From assembly GCA_023515725.1 (NCBI GenBank), contig JALDTO010000215.1:521053-585052 (forward strand): DNA of 64,000 bases, given 5' to 3'. Source of the stretch: Amoeboaphelidium protococcarum X5. Taxonomy: Eukaryota > Fungi > Aphelidiomycota. This document shows positions 54,798 to 64,000 of the stretch, piece by piece (within the stretch, counting starts at the first letter, position 1; each line of letters begins with the position of its first letter). Made by a program: the position numbers and the translations under genes. The notes below the pieces were generated by a model. That model was given only the letters and a program-made list of their open reading frames with translations, did not search any database and was not told the origin of the DNA.

Positions 54798-57700
54798 ATG
54801 GAAGACGATATCTAGTATCAATCAGCTGTGGGCGCGAATGCTCTGGAAGATCAAGCTGAAGTCTAAGGGCGTAAGGGGAGTAATGTTACAGATTAAAGCG
54901 GCCAAGAAGTGGATGCTGACACATCCCACTCTGTACATTCCCATCAGTAGTAGGAGTCCAAATGGGAGTCGCTGGTAAGTATATTCAAACCTCTAATGGA
55001 AAGTCGCTCTTCAATTTCTAGCATTTAGAAGACAATGCGGCGGTCCACCTTTTCTCCTCATTCGTCAAAGATGTGGTCAGCCTCTTCTTCACGTCCCACT
55101 GGCCGAGATGATGTCGCCTCAGTTATAAGTGAGCCTGGTGTAATTGATGGTGACATTGCGAAAGAGTAGAGATCATAGGCAAGTAGTATTGTCAGTGCAC
55201 GCAGTGCAGAAATTGCACGACCACCGTCACGAGCCTTGACTATTTCTGTTCATGCTAGCAAGGCCAAGACTAGACTCCGGGAAGCTGTGGACAAGATTAA
55301 GAAATTCTCTCTACCCCGAGACTTGTTAACTAAAAAATAGAAGGCTGGTGATAGAGGGGAACTTGCGAAATAGTAAAATGAACTCTCCCTAATGCAGGTG
55401 GGATTATCTCCTTTCAGATCTAGGTATATCAGACGAGATGCGTACAATGTCTCTGTGCCATGTATTCTGGCTATGCTCTCGCTCAAGATTAGTGACAATG
55501 AGGATGATGGTGTGGATTATTCGTAGAATGTGGTGCGAATTAATTTGAGTTATGGTCCTGTCGAATGGTCCATAGTGCGATCCTTTAATGACTTGTATAG
55601 ATTACACACCTAGTTGCGATTAAATCATCTCAAGCACCCAAAGAGTTATCCTGGAGTTCCCAACTTTCCATCTCAGGTGAATTACGCATTTGAAAAGGCC
55701 AAGGCTTACACGTATTAAAATGCTAGACGAGAGACTCGTGACGTGTATTTATTGCGGCTGCGTAACAAGAGACGTAAGGCTTTGTAAGATTATCTTGCCA
55801 AGTTGATGGCGCGATATAGACTATGTAATGTGGTTGAAATTTTTCAGTTTCTGGAGATTAGCTCGTCTATCACGACTAAGGGATGGAAAGGCAAAGAGTG
55901 TATGGTTAATAAAGGGCGTCGAGGCGTTTAACTCAAGTTTTGTTGCATCCCAACTCTGGTATAAGGGCGCCAAGTGTGGCTGTGTGTAAAGGATTCATAC
56001 TTGGCGTACTATGATTAAATAGACAGTCGAGATCCTTCAGAAGTTGTCCCATATGACTCATCTGCGTCTCTGTACTAAATGCAGCAACACTCAATGAATC
56101 CTTTCCATTTCAAGACTTTTGTACTGTCTAATGAAGCGCGCAACCTGATAGTACGTGCTGATACTGACAAGCAGTTCAAGGAGCTGGTTACTGATATTGC
56201 ATTCTCAATTGACAAGTCGCTCTGGTCGAAAGGTCATAGATTTAATTCGTTCGCCCCAGTTAGAGATCATGTCCAGTGTCGATTATTCGTAGATGGCAAA
56301 GATTATTTTGAAGCTGTTTACGAATCCATATCAAGTGCGAAGAGCGTTATTTACATCGAAGACTGGTGGATGAGTCCAGAGATTTATCTGAAGCGACCAA
56401 GTAATCTGTATCCAGACGCTCGGTTAGATTAGTTACTTCTAAAAAAAGCCAAAGAAGGAGTTCTCATCTATGTCATCTTGTACAAGGAAGTCACGTATGC
56501 ACTGACTATCAACTCTGCTCACTCTAAAGCCACGTTAAGCGGTTTACATCCGAATATTAAAGTTTTGAGATACCCTGATCACATTCCTGGTGGTGTTTAC
56601 TATTGGGCGCTCCATGATAAAATGTGCATTGTCGATGAGAATGTCGCATTCCTGGGAGGACTTGATTTATGTATGGGCCGCTTTGATGATAAAAGTCACA
56701 GCGTTGGTGATTTTATACCTAGCGATGATAACGGTGGTGATGGAGGCCAGTGTCCTTTCTGGCCCGGTCAGGATTATTCTAATCCAAGAGTTAAAGATTT
56801 TGTCGATGTACACAATTATGACATGCTGCTGGTAGACAAGAAAGAATGCGCTCGTATGCCATGGCATGATGTTGCTTGCTCGCTTAGTGGACAGTCTGCT
56901 AAGGATGTGGCGCGTCATTTTGTTTAGAGATGGAATTTTATAAAATTCTAGAAATCCAAAGAGAGGGATGATATCGTGTATCTGTTACCTCCATCTGAAG
57001 ACATTTTTGCAATATCGTAACGGCGCGATTAATTAACTAATAGTACATGTGAAATTTAAGTATTACGATCGTGCTGTGAATGGTCAATGGGTGTTAAGCG
57101 AGAGCAGAGTATATACGAAGCTTACATCTCATTGATTGAGAATGCTAGGCATTTTATTTATATTGAGAACCAGTTTTTCATCTCTAGTGCATTGGAAGAC
57201 GCGCAGTAAGGTGTCATACGTAATCGCATTGCTCTTGCCATTGGTAAGAAGATATTGTAAGCTCACGAAGCTGGTGCTGAATTCAAAGTGTATGTTATTG
57301 TCCCTCTCCTACCTGCTTTCGAGAATGATGTCGCGGAGGGTATGACTACACGTTTGATATTTCATTGGCATTAGAGTACCTTTAGAAAAGGTGAAGGATC
57401 TCTGCTGGAGTTTCTACTACGGAAAGGCGTGGATCCTGATTAGTATCTGAGTGTGTGTTCCCTTCGAAATTATGGAAGACTCGGTGTCGGGCCTTCTATT
57501 GATCCCACCAGCACTCAATAAAATCATTCCGCTTCAGCTAATACTTTGGGCTTGGTCACTGAGTAAATTTATATCCACTCTAAGGTAATGATCGTTGATG
57601 ATGATTGGGCTATAATCGGCTCTGCCAATATTAATGACCGATCTCTCGCTGGGAGTCGAGACTCTGAAGTGGCTATTGTCATAACTGATTCAAATAAAGT

Positions 57701-58139
57701 TAAAGTCTAATTAGGCGAAAGTGCGTCTGTAAGCTGCTCAAAAAGTGTTAGAGATTTGAGACTGCAACTCTTCCAAGAACATAGTGGACTCTCATTTGAA
57801 TACCTTGCTAGTAATTTCCCATCTCAAGACGCGCTGTTTAGTATGTGGAAGGACATTGCGGAATCTAATACTCATTTATATCGTTAGCTGTTCAGTTGTA
57901 TTCCTGATGACTACATTCAGACTTGGTCTGAGTATGATAAATGGAAGTCAATCTCCACCAAGGATAGATTGGCCGGTCATTTAATTGTGTAAGAGACACC
58001 GGAGAAGACTTAAGAAATGCTAAACAGAATACATGGCCACTTGGTGTAGTATCCATCGCGCTTCATGTATCAAGAAGATCTCAGAACTATTCCCCTACCT
58101 GCCAAGGAAGCAATGATCTCCATGGATGTTTTCATTTGA
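54798..58139 (+). CDS. Phospholipase D1 (PX-PH-PLD, Spo14-like)
   Basis: [72 protein letters not shown]. Confidence 0.95.
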
Positions 58140-58226
58140 TCTCCTGCTAGTGTAAATCAATAAATTCGATTAATTGAACATACTATTTGCATGTAATTAT
58201 TTTGTATTTTTAATCGACTCAAATGT

Positions 58227-60052
58227 ATGGATGAAGACTACAGTAATTGTAAGAGATTATTAATGTACCGGAATTTCATTGCGCTTTGATCCCGCGTCTT
58301 GGATACTCAATGTGAATTCAATCAGGCTCCATCTTGTGGTTGTCATGGAGGTGTCGTTCCCCTCTTTAATGCGTTCTGGATAGAGTATCAGACAGAAATA
58401 CAATAAGCAAAAATTATGGAGTTGTCGATATGGAAATTTAAAAACGTCAACATGACTAGAGCTGGGTAAGTCCATAGCACTCGATATCTGCCATATCTTC
58501 AATATTTATCAGTGAAGCTTGTAGTTAATACAGATTGGAAATCGCTGTGGATCGTCAGACGGCTTAAAACTCTACCTAAAATATTGATTCTCAACGCTTG
58601 AAAATCAACTCTGTTAGAAATGGATAAATGTATCCTCAATAAAGTATAGTCACTGATACTTGCGTCAAATCTGATGATATCTACACGACCAATGTTTTCA
58701 AGATTTAGTTTGAGCGATAGATTGTTGAATTATTTGATGTCCTGTAGTTAGATTCGCCAGTGCAGTTTGATTAATAATCTACTTTATAAGTGAGAGCTCG
58801 ACTGTTCAAACGACATGGAAGATTTGCTAATGATTTTGAATATTAAGACTCTTAATTTTACTGTGTTGGAGCATGTAACAAGACTCTTATGATTGACAAC
58901 GCGCCGTCTTACTTGGAGCTTGACTTTGGAGAAGTTGGTTACATGTCAAAAGTTTGTGTAAAGATGTGCCCAAGTAATTTAGTTCCAAGTGGTGATGATT
59001 CTGTATATGTTGGTGCATTGGCTTAATGTAAGCACTTGGAACAACAGTATCGAATATCAAACTTACAGACGATATTGTAGTAGTCTCAGAAAGATCAAGA
59101 TTCTATTAAATACAACATTCGATAAAATGGTGAGCCAGTACAGCCAGTGACTATTGACAGTCTGCTAAACTAATCTGCTTTGCGTGCAAGTGAGTAAAAA
59201 CGCGTGTCTGGATCTCATCTGATTGTAATGGTGCATGGCCTTTGGGGCAACTGTAATGATTTTAGACTATACAGAAATTTAATTTCTCAGATAGCTGAGC
59301 CATTCCAAGCAATACAGTCAAAAAATTGCGTGTACTTGATGTCTAAAACTAACACGGAAGATCCCTTACAGAGTCTAGAGTTGATGGGAAGTAAATTGGC
59401 GTAAGAAGTGGTTGCTTTTATCACAAAAAACTTGTTATTGGTCAACAAGTTATCGTTCATCTGTCACTCTATGGGCGGGCTTGTGGCAAGAGTTGCCGTT
59501 GAATCAGAGGTTCTTGAACAGTATAAAGATTGCTTGTATCAGTTGATAACAGTCGGATCACCGCACTTGGGAATGATAGGTCTGTAGAATTAATCTTTGT
59601 CAATGTTATCGCAATTGGCCAAACTGAGATACATGGGAATATTTAATGGAGGAAATTGCTTAGACTAGTTGTGGATGCGCGATCATACTGATCTGAGATA
59701 GAGTTTCATCTACAAGTTAAACTCAAATTCATCAATATCGCGTTTCCATCAAGTTATATGTGTTGGTTCCTCACAAGATAATTACGTGCCATTTCACTCT
59801 GCATCAATATAATGTTCTTAGAAGGATTAAACTGTTTAGCCTCACGTAGAAGAAGTGCTGAAAGAGATGCATCATAATCTGGCGTGTAACATTAAGAACT
59901 TGATTCAGATTGATTTGCATTTCCCACTGCTCAATGCACCTGGATGTTGCTTCAAGCTCGACTATATTCTTGGCAGGAGTGCCCACATTCTACCGCTTCA
60001 AGATCCCGATTGCATCACCCTCATTCAAGCTCTCTTATGTTATCACATTTGA
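58227..60052 (+). CDS. FAM135-like/DUF676 alpha-beta hydrolase (5' end uncertain; alternative ATG 58430)
   Basis: HLIVMVHGLWGN, SFICHSMGGL, GSPHLG, SSQDNYVPFHSA, ILGRSAHI. Confidence 0.85.
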
Positions 60053-60256
60053 ATTCATTATAATAGCATTTGACATTCACAATACGCGTGTGATCCAATT
60101 CTTCCAATTTCGAATTTCTCTTTACAATTTCTTCCAATCACACGACCCCGTTTATTGATCTCATTTGGTGTTATCAGTCAGTTGCTTTTTATCCATCTTA
60201 CAATAATCTAACGGTCACAAATAAAATCTATTAAATATTTGAATTAATTGATAATT

Positions 60257-60808
60257 ATGGCCTCAATAATTCGCGCTTTTATGGACTGGCTGAGAAGTCT
60301 ATTCTTTAAATAAGAGATGGAACTCACACTGGTTGGACTGTAAAACTCTGGCAAGACCACCTTGGTGAGTGTGCTATCATCAGGAGAATTCACGGAGGAC
60401 ACCATGGCCACAATAGGATTTAATATGAGGAAAGTCACTAAGGGAAATGTGGTGATGAAGTTATGGGATATTGGTGGATAGCCTCGATTCCGGTCGATGT
60501 GGGAGAGATATTGTCGCGGTGTGAATGCGATTGTATTCGTGGTGGACTCTGCAGATGTGAGTAAAATGGATGCTGCCAAGACTGAGCTACACAATTTAAT
60601 TACAAAGCCACAGCTGGTGGGAATTCCTCTGCTTGTACTTGGGAATAAAAATGATTTGAATGGTGCATTATCAGTCGAACAAGTGATTGATAAGATGGAT
60701 TTGAAGAGTATTGCCAATCGTGAGGTGAGCTGTTACTCCATCTCTGCCAAAAATCAGACCAATATTGACATCACTCTTCAGTGGCTCATCAAGCACGCTA
60801 AGAAATGA
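60257..60808 (+). CDS. ARL8: ADP-ribosylation factor-like GTPase Arl8
   Basis: [16 protein letters not shown] (Q=TAA), [19 protein letters not shown] (Q=TAG), GNKND. Confidence 0.97.
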
Positions 60809-60834
60809 TCCAACCCAACTGCATGATACTTTAT

Positions 60835-61386
60835 TCAATCAATTTACATGTATTCATTTTATTATTAGTCTTACTCTTGTTAGATCAGGGGATTACATTG
60901 ATATTCACATTGATCAGATTCATTTTTAGACGGGCTTTATGATGGAGTAGAGCTATTTAGCGCGTCAATGTATGGATTTGGTCGATAGAGGACCAAGTCT
61001 GTGCATACAGGTGGACCATACTACAACTTTTGCTTGTCCATTCTCAAGATTTCAATAGGAATGCATTATTACTCACGTTAAGAGTCGCGATGCATCTACT
61101 CTTCACTATCAATCTCTTCTATTTCTTTATTCAGATTGCGGATATAGACAACATCTTTCGCCCATTCAACTTCCATTTCGACACTATCAATATCCGTCAA
61201 ATCGCTTTGACTGGGCATAGCTGGCGGCTCTTGTTATCTTCTTATACCGTCATCGATCTGCAACTGTTACAAATCCAACGCTAGCCTCTTTGAATCTCTT
61301 TACTATGTATTATGCCTGTCGCAGCTAGACTCGGCCCATTATCGCTTTCTCAAATTATTGTACGCCCCATACTCTATAGACATCAT
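60835..61386 (-). CDS. Hypothetical protein (183 aa)
   Basis: Open frame ATG to TGA; LRKRQW, VVYIRNLNKEIEKID, DLVLYRP, terminal MQID. Confidence 0.65.
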
Positions 61387-61606
61387 ACTAATGACATATC
61401 AATAATAAACAAGCGGCAGACGGGATAACATCAGCGCCCTGAAAAAATGAATCCAAACGGAGTTGTCGCGCGTTTGTAGACTGCAAAAGATCTCTGTAGA
61501 AAAGTTGAATGTAATGTGGTGGGGATCAATTACAGGTTCACCTCAACAATTATAATGAAAATCAAGAGTTACAATAATTCACTTAACGAAATTATAACAA
61601 AGTTCT

Positions 61607-62737
61607 TCAACACAAATTCCAGGGATTATACTTGCAGAACGTCTACACAGGATACTAGCCTTCAATACTCCGAATAAGTTTCAAAATTGGGCCTGTAAAT
61701 ATGCTTTTGAATATGAACGTGTACACATCAGCCACTTGATGCAGCGTTTTGTAGTGCTTCTCTTGACATCTATGTCCGCATATGCTATAAGAACTACCAG
61801 ATGTGTCTTCATTTGACCTTAAGTTAGAAGATGCAAATGCTGATCCATGGTGCCAAGCGATATTGCGCCATATGGCCAAAAATTGAGTGAATATTCTATC
61901 CAAAATTGAGGTGATAACAGGCGGTAAGTTGACGAGATCTCTTGTATACAACTTAACCAGAGACTCAATCAATGGCTTCGCTGTGATGTACACCAGCTTG
62001 TTATACTCTTGATAGTCATGACGGTGATGTTCAGAATGTAAGCGTAGACTATCATTCACTGAGAATGCCAAATCATGATTGATATGAGCATTTACACCGA
62101 GTAGCAAATGCTGAATAATAGATAGATGATCAGTTTGAGCATACTGAAACGCAGCACGCCAAGAACGCGGTACCTTGACGATATTTCCAGACTCTTGATC
62201 GTATAGAGCATGACGATAGTAATCCGCAAAGTTTCCGATCAGCATTCTAACCCAAGTCTCATTCTTGAAACTGATTCCTTTCTAAGGCAGAGTGCCATCT
62301 AAAGCCTTTAAAGCATTATTAGTGATGGCGACATACAATTGTGAGAAATAAGCTCTATTATCTTGCGCTCCGAGAAAGTACTTGTTAAGTTGGACCAGCA
62401 TATCAAACGCCTTACCATCATCGTAGTTTACAGACTTGCCGACAATCTAACGTAGTTCTACTGATCTTCTGTACTTAGTTGGAGTCACATCATCTATCAT
62501 CTCTATATCAACAAGATCAGTGTTATTAGCCTCCATCATTCTCAAAAGATTTTCCATGTATTGATCATCACCAGAGTTCTGATCATCATCCTGTAGCCAC
62601 TCGTAATCTTGATCGGATACGTGATATTAATTCAAGTCAGACTAATCATGCAGCAGGATTTGGTCATAAGGTAAAGGAACCGCCAATGTTTGGAACACTA
62701 TTACCACCGCAATTATTAAAGTATACATGAAATTCAT
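61607..62737 (-). CDS. Secreted DUF5995-family protein
   Basis: Signal peptide MNFMYTLIIAVVIVFQTLA; DNRAYFSQLY..WVRMLIGNFADYY..VPRSWRAAF..QHLLLGVNAHINHDLA; no introns. Confidence 0.85.
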
Positions 62738-64000
62738 TTTAATGTTCGAAGTTCTTTGAATAAATAAGACGAACGTCATATCTCATTGAAACATGACGTC
62801 AGCAAAAAGGTTCGTTTCGCTGCGTGATTATCGCCAAACTCGCCGTTCACTGAACCGAACAGCCGGATAAGCTCTCCACTCAAACCTGAACTTTAAAACA
62901 TCATCATTATAAATATAATCAAAATTCTTATTAAATTAATATTACTGCTTAAAATTGTTTGTAAGTTCATCTAGAACAGTATCCCCAAGGTTCCAAACTG
63001 CACAGCAGTCCCAACGGATCATCACCCTCGTTTTAGACGTTTCTTCAACCACTTAGGTAGGAGTGGTATCCTTGAGGCATACTCAATCCTAGCACTCAAG
63101 CACGCATCAGAGAGTTCAAAGCTTTCGCCAATCCGTCCCCTATTTCAAAATAGGCACATTAAGTAGCAAACGCAGCTTAATGTCAAGCGTGTGAACCTTG
63201 AGCGTCGGTCAGAGAGAGTGTGAAGGCTCATAGACTGCAAAATGTAGCTCCTATACATGTGCACAAGAGTCACTTTAACAATCATGAGTTGACTTCTGCC
63301 CCACATCCAACAATGGCACATATACAAACTTTTAAACAATACGGAAGCTTCCATAAAGGATTACTATCATTCTCAACTTTAATCTACACAAACGAGAGAG
63401 GACGCACAGAAAACAAATAATATGGATGGCTTACCTGAAGAGCAGTTAGTTCATCTAGCGCGAGAACAGTACGCTTAATGATTACATACACATACATTGA
63501 GAGGTAATTACAGACATCGGGTGGAGAATAATTTCGTATTACATGGTTACAGACGGCTGAGACGTTGCTTTTTCACGGAGCGCAGTGATGTTGATCAAGG
63601 AGTGAATAGCAAACATTACGAGGAAAGAAAAAATCTCCTGATCCAATCTATCGGTTCGGGTTTGGGTTAGAGACCTTCTTTGTACAACACTATACTGCAC
63701 ATGAGTCAGTGGGATGGGCAAACGCTTGATTGTCTTAGGAAACACGCTCCTTTGCCACTGTTTCGGTTTCGATTAACACAACTCCTTAACGTCTTACTGT
63801 ATCTCAAAGAAAGTAAAGATGAGCCAAAGTAACTATCGAACTATATCATATGTAGGCGGATTTGAAAAAGCGTGGAAAGGGACTGATGAAGAATAGAACG
63901 TTATAAGTAAATGCATTGTTGACTATAATAGAATTAATCTGATTGGCTGCATGACCGTTCAGTTCTATGCTTTATCGTACTTGTGTGGTGATAGCGGTCT

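Overview
Gene-dense, intron-poor eukaryotic DNA from a fungal-lineage (holomycotan) organism with a non-standard nuclear code. TAA and TAG encode Gln and only TGA terminates, so the supplied ORF track is fragmented. The code plus fungal-type and ciliary genes best fit an aphelid such as Amoeboaphelidium protococcarum (inference). Re-read with that code, the window holds about 35 intact genes, including PCC1, lipoate ligase, heme lyase, MMS19, PUT2, RPF2, MTD1, NOP12, COQ6, CEP164, POLK, a CENP-E kinesin, BNA3, MsrB, DNM1, PRP40, NUFIP1, B9D1, CHMP2, PLD and ARL8. The accessory content is invisible in the standard-code track. It comprises a >1170-codon Dada-type DDE transposase with subterminal repeats (1-3830) and a lightly decayed Fanzor1-type (TnpB-like RNA-guided RuvC) gene with all three catalytic residues (about 42280-43380). 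It also includes a Crinkler-like REase+kinase gene, a trypsin-like pseudogene, a secreted prokaryote-type DUF5995 protein, a half-fimbrin/coiled-coil/PH protein and a miniature Swp1/RPN2. All translations were done by eye, so starts and intron bounds are approximate where stated.
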